Under the pieces are notes generated by a model that was not told where the DNA came from, searched no databases, and saw only the letters and a program-made list of their open reading frames with translations. This document shows positions 47,758 through 55,996 of a stretch of DNA of 64,000 nucleotides, piece by piece. The first letter of the stretch is position 1, and the number at the start of each line of letters is the position of its first letter. The stretch lies in the IMG/VR virus record IMGVR_UViG_3300028558_000791, positions 310,001 through 374,000 of that record. One strand, written 5' to 3'. The position numbers were made by a program, and so were the translations under genes.

Positions 47758-49425
47758 ATGAGCGGAATTTTAACTCCAGGATACCTAAGGTGGGATGGCA
47801 CCAAATATGTTCTAGACCACGATGTAGAAATCGTTGGTCCATCAGGCTCACAGGGTCCGGCAGGTATTGCCGGACCAGTGGGTCCAGCCGGTCCTAATGG
47901 TACTGCTTCAGGCGATCTGTTAGGAACTTTCCCAGGTCCCATATCAGTGGTTGGCCTAACCGGCATCTCTGGCACTGTCAGTTATGGCTCGGCCGTAACC
48001 AATCCAACGATTACTCAAGTAGCTACGGCAGGTACAACCGGCCAATCAATGACCTGGAAAGCACAGAATGCTACCCTATTCGGTGGTAATGCCGTAATTC
48101 AAAGTGGAACTGGTACTACTGCTGGTCTTATTCAATTTTTAGTAGGTAATACCGCTGCAGCATATTTTGATTCCAATCAGGCTTTTAGATTTGGACCAAA
48201 TGCTACCTCCACCGTAACAGGGCCAAATGGAGTTTCTCCATTAGCTGGTACTGATTATATCTTTGGAAACAATGCTGCCGGAAGTATATTGTCTGAAATA
48301 TTTACAGAATCATCTTCACAAAGAGCTGGTTACTTTGCATACAATGCAGCGGCTGGTGGAACTGGTGTCAGCGGAATCAGTATACAGTCTCCTGGAACAA
48401 CTTATACTGTTGGAGCATACCAGGGTCAGGGAGTTATCGAGCAATCAGGTCTCGCAACTTCTGCAATGATTTTTAGCAAAGTCTTGGGCGACGGTTCATC
48501 TCGTGGTGTGACTGGTCGCGTTTTCCAATCTGGAGCTTGGAGCATTGGAGATTTAAGCAGTTCATCTTCTTTTAACCAAGCCGGTTTAACTGGTCCAGTA
48601 ATGAATTTCGCTCCTGTCGGTGGAACTTTGACCACTACATCTGGCCAAGCCCTAATATTCGCACAAAGTTTCGGACCAAGCAGCCAGGGCCTTCTTAACC
48701 TTCAAGGAAATATTGGAGTTAACTTACTATCTGGAACTACATTAGTAGCAAATACTTTAGCTTCTAAGTTTATTACTAATGTTGGTAGAAGAATTAAAGT
48801 TAGAACTACTACAACTACTCCTGATACTATGACGGGAGCTGATGAGGTTCTTTCTATTGGTGCAATCGCAACTCCTTTTACTGTTAATTTACCAGCCACT
48901 CCAACATCTGGTGATACCTATATTATTAAGGATGCTCTGGGAAATGCGGGTAACTTTAATATTACTGTGTCTGGTAACGGTAGCAACATTGACGGATTCT
49001 CAACTATACTTATTAGCACCAACTATACAGAAGCATCTTTTGTATACAACGGTACGACATGGATTTCATCGCTAACCAACAATATCTCACCAAATACCGG
49101 ATACTCTTCTGTTATAAACGTAGCAAGCGGCGGTAGCGCTAGTATAGTAGGTCTTGATCAGCTTTTCGTTTGTGACCCAACTAGTAATACTTGTACTATT
49201 ACAGCTCCAGCAACCCCAACTGTTAACTTAAGATTTACTGTAAAGGATGCTACATTTACTGCTAATACACATAACATTGTTGTTCAGGGTAATGGTAGGA
49301 CACTAGAAGACCCGGCCACACTTGGTACATATACTTCCCCAATTAATATCAACGTAGCTGGCCGTTCAGCTACTTGGGCTTATGACCCAACCAGAAATAG
49401 ATACACCCTAGTTTCAAGGATATAA
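47758..49425 (+). CDS. Fibre-like virion protein with short collagen-like segment
   Basis: GPSGSQGPAGIAGPVGPAGPNG; GDLLGTFPGP motif shared with ORF 43610; two C-terminal T(V/I)xxP...KDA...NI.V.GNG repeats. Confidence 0.65.
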   Translation: MSGILTPGYLRWDGTKYVLDHDVEIVGPSGSQGPAGIAGPVGPAGPNGTASGDLLGTFPGPISVVGLTGISGTVSYGSAVTNPTITQVATAGTTGQSMTWKAQNATLFGGNAVIQSGTGTTAGLIQFLVGNTAAAYFDSNQAFRFGPNATSTVTGPNGVSPLAGTDYIFGNNAAGSILSEIFTESSSQRAGYFAYNAAAGGTGVSGISIQSPGTTYTVGAYQGQGVIEQSGLATSAMIFSKVLGDGSSRGVTGRVFQSGAWSIGDLSSSSSFNQAGLTGPVMNFAPVGGTLTTTSGQALIFAQSFGPSSQGLLNLQGNIGVNLLSGTTLVANTLASKFITNVGRRIKVRTTTTTPDTMTGADEVLSIGAIATPFTVNLPATPTSGDTYIIKDALGNAGNFNITVSGNGSNIDGFSTILISTNYTEASFVYNGTTWISSLTNNISPNTGYSSVINVASGGSASIVGLDQLFVCDPTSNTCTITAPATPTVNLRFTVKDATFTANTHNIVVQGNGRTLEDPATLGTYTSPININVAGRSATWAYDPTRNRYTLVSRI

Positions 49426-49427
49426 GA

Positions 49428-49787
49428 ATGAACTCTGTAGATAAATTATTCAAATTGGCCGATCGTTTGGCTCGTAAAATCTCATTGGGACAAAAGGTTG
49501 CTGGTGACTTTCAAGATGTATTGCAAGCAGCCGGTTTATGGGATAAAGCAGCAGAAGTATCTCCAATGTTAGCTACTGCTGGAGTAGATGATGGTCCTGT
49601 TGCCATAACTATTCATTTTGATAAGGCTTTGAATATTAAGTTTCTTGTTAGTGCCACTCCACCAGCAGCCGCCACTAAATTAGCAGCTATGCTTACCGCT
49701 AAATATGCTGCTGCAATGAAGGCAGCCGTAGTTGCTGCTAAGCTCACGGTTATGGAAACTATGGATGTTAAGTGGTTAACCTTCTAA
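49428..49787 (+). CDS. Ala-rich hypothetical protein
   Basis: Follows the fibre gene; N-terminal helix VDKLFKLADRLARKI. Confidence 0.65.
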   Translation: MNSVDKLFKLADRLARKISLGQKVAGDFQDVLQAAGLWDKAAEVSPMLATAGVDDGPVAITIHFDKALNIKFLVSATPPAAATKLAAMLTAKYAAAMKAAVVAAKLTVMETMDVKWLTF

Positions 49788-49818
49788 AGAAATTCTAACC
49801 CCGATATAATATGAGGGC

Positions 49819-51027
49819 ATGAAAGATTTTGATGTCGGTATTATTGGGGCTGGTGTAGCGGGCGCTTTTGCAACTTTGAAGTTAGCAAAAGACCATAAAA
49901 ACGTTAAAGCTATTCTTTTTGATTTGGGTAGACCTCCTATGAAGCGCAGAAGACAACTGGAAGGTTGGCTTGGCTGCTTGCCAAATAGTGATGGAAAACT
50001 ATATCAATCTGATGTGTCCAAAGTTGCAGAACTTACTGGACTTCGCAGAGCCAAATCGGCTCACACTTGGTTTCGACATGTATTAGAACAAGTCGATGAA
50101 TTCAAAGTAATCAAAGACCGCGCTCCTACAACGTCTTTGGAAAAGAAAATCAAGAAGCTAGGATATGATATTGCTCTCAACGATCATATTCAGATCTATC
50201 CAAAAGAGATTCATGCCCTATCTAAACACATGGCTGAACTTATTGAGGTAGGCAAGAATATTACTTTCAATTTTGATAGTGAAGTTGTTAGAATAGTTAA
50301 GCAGAAGAATGTCTTCGTTATCACTACTGAAGAACATGAATATCGCTGCAAGAAAATTATCATTGCTGTTGGTAGAAGTGGCTGGCGTTGGGCTAGAGCA
50401 CTATATGGTAGCTTTGGAATTGTAGATAATAATGACATTGCTCGTTTTGGTATTCGTGTAGAAACTAACTCTAGCGTTATGAAGGATTTCAATAGATCCA
50501 ATTGTACTCTTACTAAGTCCGACCTAGAGATAGGACCATTATCTTGGTATGGTACTGTTATTCCAGAAGACCATATAGATTTAGCTATTTCAGCTTTCCG
50601 TTCCAATGAGAATAGATGGAAGACGGATAAAGTTTCGTTTAATCTAATAGGTAATAGACCATTTCCTGATACTGGATTTGAACAGACAGATAGAATTGGA
50701 AAACTAACTTTCGTTCTTGCCAATGACAGAATTATTAAAGAAAGAGTCTCTACTATTTTAACTGGTAAGAGTCGAATATCTATTATCCCAGAGTATGAAT
50801 GGTTAAAGCCAGTCATTACTGAGCTATCTGCTATTATACCAGAGATTACTACCAAAGCTTACTTCCATGTTCCTACTATCGTACCATCTGCTCCCAAGAT
50901 AAACATTGGAGATAATTTGGAAACTGAAGTAGATGGAATGTTTGTGGCTGGCGAAAGCGCTGGTATCCATGGTATATTATCAGCAGGCATCATGGGCATC
51001 ATTGCGGCAGATGCCGTATGCAAATGA
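49819..51027 (+). CDS. FAD/NAD(P)-dependent oxidoreductase-like protein
   Basis: IIGAGVAG, SDGKL, IAVGRSG, GMFVAGESAG...GILSA. Confidence 0.8.
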   Translation: MKDFDVGIIGAGVAGAFATLKLAKDHKNVKAILFDLGRPPMKRRRQLEGWLGCLPNSDGKLYQSDVSKVAELTGLRRAKSAHTWFRHVLEQVDEFKVIKDRAPTTSLEKKIKKLGYDIALNDHIQIYPKEIHALSKHMAELIEVGKNITFNFDSEVVRIVKQKNVFVITTEEHEYRCKKIIIAVGRSGWRWARALYGSFGIVDNNDIARFGIRVETNSSVMKDFNRSNCTLTKSDLEIGPLSWYGTVIPEDHIDLAISAFRSNENRWKTDKVSFNLIGNRPFPDTGFEQTDRIGKLTFVLANDRIIKERVSTILTGKSRISIIPEYEWLKPVITELSAIIPEITTKAYFHVPTIVPSAPKINIGDNLETEVDGMFVAGESAGIHGILSAGIMGIIAADAVCK

Positions 51028-51034
51028 GATAAAC

Positions 51035-51406
51035 ATGCCAACTAAAACACAGACTAAAACTAATACAGATGCAACACCCAATCTACCTCAAGTAGGTGAA
51101 GAGGGGAAAGACGGTAATACCAAATACAGTCTTAGTAAATTCGAATATGATTTGTATCATGAAGAAGATGACAAAGCCGAAAAGGTAATTAGAGTAAAAC
51201 GAATTGCTATGCCCAATAAAGGCGAGAAGTGGAAAATCTTTGAAGATAATAAAGTGATGTTTATTGTCGAAGGCTCTAAGCTAAATAACAAAGAAAAAGA
51301 TTTCTTGCGCACAATTGACGGCGTAAATTTCCTGATTACTCAATACAAGGCCGGCATCAAGTCCTTCAATGCTCTGAAAAACGAGATCAAGAAAAAACTA
51401 AAATAA
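51035..51406 (+). CDS. Hypothetical protein
   Basis: Likely ATG at 51035 (MPTKTQ...); the track start overlaps the upstream gene. Confidence 0.6.
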   Translation: MPTKTQTKTNTDATPNLPQVGEEGKDGNTKYSLSKFEYDLYHEEDDKAEKVIRVKRIAMPNKGEKWKIFEDNKVMFIVEGSKLNNKEKDFLRTIDGVNFLITQYKAGIKSFNALKNEIKKKLK

Positions 51407-51412
51407 TAGGGG

Positions 51413-51440
51413 TTGACTCTCGGCCCTCGATTCTTACATT
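51413..51440 (+). promoter_or_regulatory. Sigma70-like promoter TTGACT-N16-TACATT
   Basis: Intergenic before the exonuclease gene. Confidence 0.5.
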
Positions 51441-51472
51441 AGTCGGAGCATCCAGCACTAGAGGTGTATTGT

Positions 51473-52093
51473 ATGAATTATGTATTTTATGTTGCCGATA
51501 TTGAAACGACTGGACTAGACGCTCGCAAACATGATGTGATTGAGTTGTCTCTCCATCGCTTGGGCGATTCCAGCGAGAATGCCCAGAAAACCTGGTGTCT
51601 AAAACCACTAACACCAGAAACCACCGAAGCAGCCGCGCTGAAAATTAACGGCCACAAACTAGAGGACATAACCCATAAGACCAAAGAAGGTCGTGAGCGT
51701 TATCTGGATCCAATTCCTACACTAGTTGAGATTGAAGATTGGTTAGCTGAAGATGGCGTGCCTGCTGAGAAGCGCTTTCTCATTGGTCAGAACATTGCCT
51801 TCGATAAAGAACGATTGGTTCAATTGTGGAATAAGTGCGATTCAGATGGATCATTTCCGTTTGGACGCAGACTGATTGATACCATGATTGTTGAGTTGTT
51901 CTTTGACTTCTGTAAGGGCCAGTTCGCAGAAGGATATAGTCTAAAGAATTTAGGCAAGAAGTATGGTATTAAGAACGATAAGGCTCACACCGCTGCGGCT
52001 GACGTAAAGGCTACTAAAGAAATCTTTGAGAAGCAGGTTGAGTTGATGCAGAAACTTATCAAGTTAGGTGTAGAAGCTAAGCTGTTTGAATGA
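51473..52093 (+). CDS. DEDDh 3'-5' exonuclease (DnaQ-like)
   Basis: ADIETTGL, GQNIAFD, IDT, AHTAAADV. Confidence 0.88.
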   Translation: MNYVFYVADIETTGLDARKHDVIELSLHRLGDSSENAQKTWCLKPLTPETTEAAALKINGHKLEDITHKTKEGRERYLDPIPTLVEIEDWLAEDGVPAEKRFLIGQNIAFDKERLVQLWNKCDSDGSFPFGRRLIDTMIVELFFDFCKGQFAEGYSLKNLGKKYGIKNDKAHTAAADVKATKEIFEKQVELMQKLIKLGVEAKLFE

Positions 52094-53067
52094 AGATATT
52101 GTACGCGGCCTCTAACAATCAGAATGCCAAGATTCAGCTCTCACGTTTCCTAAGGGCTATGGAAGGATCTGCGCATCAGATTAAGATTGCAGCGTATAAA
52201 AAATCGTCTCTTAAGAATGTTAATATCGATTGGACTCTAGACGCACTATTAAACATCTATCGACCAGACTTACTGTCCCTGTACGGTGACAACTTAAACA
52301 TCTATCTGGAGCAAGTCAAGAGCTATGCGCCTGATTTAATTATTAGTGACTTAGAGTATTTCACCAGCAGTGTAGCTATCGATTTGAACATCACCCTGTG
52401 GCAGTGTAGTTCCTCACTAATCAACTACGCCCTTGTTAGGAATGAGAAGTATAATCTTGGTCTCTTCAAATATCATGCGCATGCATTGAATAGAGATACT
52501 ATACATTCTCAGAGAATGATAAACGTTCTAGATAACTCCAATCGTAATTTTGTATACTCCCATTTCGGTGACATGGATGAACCCCCAACGCTGTTAGATG
52601 GATTTCAATGGGTGCGTCCCTATCATCAAATCGCCAGGAATTCTATCCCTTGCCAACATCACATAACTGCGGCCTTTTCTGTACTTGATAAGCACGTGAT
52701 AGATTTTTTGAAGAAGTATCCCGATAGTGTAGCTTTCATGGATGATCCGCAAGAACGCTATCAAAACGTGCAGGTCAAGGATATAAGGATCGTAGACGAG
52801 TATTACTGTAATCTCAAAAATTCTGCATTCTACATTTGCCAGGGCCAAACTAGTTTCTTGGCAGATGCTTTTTACAATGGTAAGTACGCTCTAATCTTTC
52901 CAGATTATGAGGATGCTGAGTCTATTACTAATAGTCAGCTTGCTCAGAAAATAGGCATTGGACGTATTATGATTTTCACAGAGGGACTAGATGGTTTCTC
53001 CATGAAAGTTGAGCCTGCGTGCTCAGACTCAATTAAGTATCTGCACGAACATATAGAGGAACTATGA
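52090..53067 (+). CDS. Divergent GT-B glycosyltransferase-like protein
   Basis: MKILYAA, PDLIISDLEY, ICQGQTSFLADAFYNGK...P...E...N pattern of GT28/MJ1255-like proteins. Confidence 0.55.
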   Translation: MKILYAASNNQNAKIQLSRFLRAMEGSAHQIKIAAYKKSSLKNVNIDWTLDALLNIYRPDLLSLYGDNLNIYLEQVKSYAPDLIISDLEYFTSSVAIDLNITLWQCSSSLINYALVRNEKYNLGLFKYHAHALNRDTIHSQRMINVLDNSNRNFVYSHFGDMDEPPTLLDGFQWVRPYHQIARNSIPCQHHITAAFSVLDKHVIDFLKKYPDSVAFMDDPQERYQNVQVKDIRIVDEYYCNLKNSAFYICQGQTSFLADAFYNGKYALIFPDYEDAESITNSQLAQKIGIGRIMIFTEGLDGFSMKVEPACSDSIKYLHEHIEEL

Positions 53068-53708
53068 AGTATGTAGCCTTAGATATTGGTAACGTACTAT
53101 GTCACGTTGACTTTACCGAATTTCTAAACGATTTATCGGCCGAGATGAACATATCTTTAGAAGATGCTATGTACTTCTTGAATCGAAGTCAGAAGCAACA
53201 TGACTTAGGACTTACTGTAATGAAAGATGAGTTGCATGACCATCTTCATCTCAAATCCCCGGTGGTCATAGATAAACTATTGCGATCTTGGAATAGATCT
53301 ATTCAACCAAATTTACATGTTCTAGATATGTACAACTCTATGACTGAGAAGCATGGGCTCCAAGTAGCCTTATTATCCAATATCGGTATTGAACATGCTA
53401 AACAGGCCGAGAATATCCTGTCCCATGGCGGATTCTTTGAAGGAGCTATCAAACATTTCAGTTGTAATGTTGGCGCCCGCAAACCTACCAGTCTATTTTA
53501 CCAAAGCTTTCTAATGGAATATCCAGAATTCCATGGATGTGTATATGTAGATGACGTTCTAGAGAACTTAGAAACTGGTAGAAGATATGGATTTCAGTCC
53601 TATCATTTTGACTTATCTAAGATGGACACTAGTAAAGAATTACCTGAAATTGAGAAGATGATACTAGAAGTAGCTGAAGTCCAGCAGAAAAACCCACGTT
53701 GGCACTGA
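53064..53708 (+). CDS. HAD-superfamily phosphatase
   Basis: LDIGNVL, LLSN, ARKP, YVDD...N. Confidence 0.85.
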   Translation: MKYVALDIGNVLCHVDFTEFLNDLSAEMNISLEDAMYFLNRSQKQHDLGLTVMKDELHDHLHLKSPVVIDKLLRSWNRSIQPNLHVLDMYNSMTEKHGLQVALLSNIGIEHAKQAENILSHGGFFEGAIKHFSCNVGARKPTSLFYQSFLMEYPEFHGCVYVDDVLENLETGRRYGFQSYHFDLSKMDTSKELPEIEKMILEVAEVQQKNPRWH

Positions 53709-53745
53709 TATATTCACTGTTAGAGCCGTCTATAAAGGATATTAT

Positions 53746-54243
53746 ATGAATAAAGATAACAACGCATCCAATGTCGCCAAGCAATTTCAACCAAAAGGTC
53801 GAGTCAAGGTAATCAACGGAAGCATTTTAGCACCAGAGAACGCAGGACTACGTTTTGTATTGAACGTTGTAAACATGGCTGGCAAGATTGACAGTCCTCT
53901 TTACCCGGTTTTCGAGAAGAAGTGGCCAACTGTTAAGCGTGAAGCTAAGGGTTGGTTCAATGCCCGTGATAACAAGTACAAGCTAGGTGCAGTCGCTACT
54001 AACGCTGTTCAGAGTGACACTTGGGTACTTAGTATGCTATGTCAAAATGCCGAGTTAGAAACTGATTCTGCAGGACTTACTGCCTGTTTGAAGGAAATCT
54101 GCAAGATGGCCAAGTATGAGAGAGCAAGCGTTCATGTTTCTACTCTATTGACTACTGCCCTTCCAGAGTTGCAGGAACTCCTCACTACGGAGTTAGTTGA
54201 CAATGGTGTTTCAGTTTACTTCTACGAAGAGCCGCAAGCTTAA
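53746..54243 (+). CDS. Macro-domain-like protein (divergent)
   Basis: VKVINGSI...VLNVVN...KKWP...LG...WVLSMLCQ pattern; lacks an obvious Gly-rich loop. Confidence 0.5.
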   Translation: MNKDNNASNVAKQFQPKGRVKVINGSILAPENAGLRFVLNVVNMAGKIDSPLYPVFEKKWPTVKREAKGWFNARDNKYKLGAVATNAVQSDTWVLSMLCQNAELETDSAGLTACLKEICKMAKYERASVHVSTLLTTALPELQELLTTELVDNGVSVYFYEEPQA

Positions 54244-54413
54244 TGACCAAGCTAACTGAGACTGTTACTGTAACAAGAGAAGTTCCTTCTCATATTGCAG
54301 ACCTTGTTAGATTTGCGCGGATTGTCTGCGCTCATGATGTGAATACCCTAGATGATAGCGATTTAATTAGGATGGCTAGAGACTTTTGGGACTCGCAGCA
54401 TGGTGAAGACTAA
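54243..54413 (+). CDS. Small hypothetical protein (56 aa, not in the ORF track)
   Basis: MTKLTETVTVTREVPSHIADLVRFARIVC...; TAATG coupling. Confidence 0.55.
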   Translation: MTKLTETVTVTREVPSHIADLVRFARIVCAHDVNTLDDSDLIRMARDFWDSQHGED

Positions 54414-54878
54414 ATGTTGCGCCTGATTAACATCGGGGCAGGAAACTATGATCTCATTACGGATGTTGAAGAAGTCATAATTCCGCATACTGACATGACA
54501 AAACTCAAACCGGGAGACCGAGTTGATTGTCGTGTGAAGGCGTCCACCATAGTCAGCCCCTATAAAAGCTATGATGAGATTCAGACTTTCGAGATTGTCG
54601 CCATTGACAATCAAGGGTACTATCTTTACGTACCCCATTATTATTCATTGAAGGGCACTACGGTAGCCAATAGCTATCGGTGTAAACAGCTAGGAATTGA
54701 TAAGAAGTTCCTAGACGAAAACATCCTCTATATTCAAGGTAATATGGTAGCGCATGTTCATGAGAAAATGGACGGCTTATCATGTTGTATTTGTCGTGAG
54801 TTCTATAGGTATGCGGAGCCAAATCAGCCTAATGATACCTTGATTTGCTATTCTTGTCGTCAAAATCCATATCGATAA
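54414..54878 (+). CDS. Hypothetical protein with C-terminal Zn finger
   Basis: CCIC...CYSC; true start may be about 54495. Confidence 0.6.
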   Translation: MLRLINIGAGNYDLITDVEEVIIPHTDMTKLKPGDRVDCRVKASTIVSPYKSYDEIQTFEIVAIDNQGYYLYVPHYYSLKGTTVANSYRCKQLGIDKKFLDENILYIQGNMVAHVHEKMDGLSCCICREFYRYAEPNQPNDTLICYSCRQNPYR

Positions 54879-54887
54879 CTAAGTATT
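54872..54887 (+). promoter_or_regulatory. Putative phage promoter motif TCGATAACTAAGTATT
   Basis: 6 nt before the ATG of the M23 gene; same family as 994, 33258 and 36506. Confidence 0.3.
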
Positions 54888-54893
54888 ATAGGT

Positions 54894-55670
54894 ATGGCAG
54901 ATTTGGATGACAGCTATTTCGAGACTCTTATTAATCAAACAAAGGGTCTGTTTGGCAATAAAAACCAGCAGAGTGCGCCGGCCTCCCCAACCCCAGGCGG
55001 GCAGGGAAAGCAATTTGTAGTGTCTCCTGGAGGCTTCACGGCCCCAATCCATGGTGCCTGGCACAACTTGGGCGGATTCGCCCCCAGCATGAAGCGCTAC
55101 GATGATGATCCAAAGGCTGCAAAAGGCCGTGGACATTTTGGTGTTGACATGAGCGCTGCTGCCGGAACCCCAGTCTATGCCCTCACTTCAGGCACAGTCA
55201 ATACTGTAGGTACTGACCCAATGGGTGGTAACATCGTAGGCGTTCAACATGCCAATGGTCTATGGTCCTATTACGCCCATCTTTCTACTGCCAGTGTGCA
55301 GAAGGGGGATAAGGTAGATTCCAATACTGTAATTGGTACCGTAGGTAATACGGGCAATGCCGGTAACCCCAATGACCCCCTAAAGACGCAAGAGGGTGGA
55401 AGAACCTGGCCTCACTGTCATTTTGGTATTAAAGAGAATGGTAGCTGGGTTGACCCTGCCAAGTACATTACTATTCCCGCTTATGATCCTAGTTTTGCTA
55501 AGAATCCATCCAAGTATCAAAAATTTTGGGTATCTGATCAGGCCAAGCAAGATGCAGAAGCATTCAACATGAAAGACCACCTCTCTAAACGTAGAGTGGC
55601 CTTCTCTAAAGATGTTGATACATTAATGAAGGTTGCGTTTGAGTACGCTAAAGCCATTAAGAAAACTTAA
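54894..55670 (+). CDS. M23-family metallopeptidase (peptidoglycan hydrolase)
   Basis: HFGVD, GTPVYA, YAHL, VGNTG, PHCHF. Confidence 0.88.
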   Translation: MADLDDSYFETLINQTKGLFGNKNQQSAPASPTPGGQGKQFVVSPGGFTAPIHGAWHNLGGFAPSMKRYDDDPKAAKGRGHFGVDMSAAAGTPVYALTSGTVNTVGTDPMGGNIVGVQHANGLWSYYAHLSTASVQKGDKVDSNTVIGTVGNTGNAGNPNDPLKTQEGGRTWPHCHFGIKENGSWVDPAKYITIPAYDPSFAKNPSKYQKFWVSDQAKQDAEAFNMKDHLSKRRVAFSKDVDTLMKVAFEYAKAIKKT

Positions 55671-55987
55671 CGATCAATCCAGGTAAGGACAACCTCTATA
55701 TTAGAGAGCGCGTGCCCACTGGGCGGAATCAATAGTGGTGCGCCCATCGAGAACCATACTTCATACCTATTGGTGCTAGTATTAAATCCTTGCAACTTGA
55801 AATAGGTATTGAATCCGTATGTTACTCTAGTGGTCGGATTAAACGCTACAAATTGAATCGATGGATTATAGGCAGTGGTAACAAAATTGCTTTGGTAATC
55901 ATGTATTCCTTGACTTCCTGAATATTGTCCAGTCCAAGTTTTAAATAACACATTACCGAAAACACCTAAATCTGTAGTGGTTGACAT
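55667..55987 (-). CDS. Small virion-associated protein, paralog of 63068..63562
   Basis: YFKLQGFN...YEVW...PPSGHALSNI...WI. Confidence 0.65.
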   Translation of the reverse strand: MSTTTDLGVFGNVLFKTWTGQYSGSQGIHDYQSNFVTTAYNPSIQFVAFNPTTRVTYGFNTYFKLQGFNTSTNRYEVWFSMGAPLLIPPSGHALSNIEVVLTWIDR

Positions 55988-55996
55988 AGTTTATCC

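Noticed and set aside
47836-47901. Collagen-like fibre
   Set aside because: Only about 7 Gly-X-Y triplets; recorded as a short segment within the CDS, not a separate feature.
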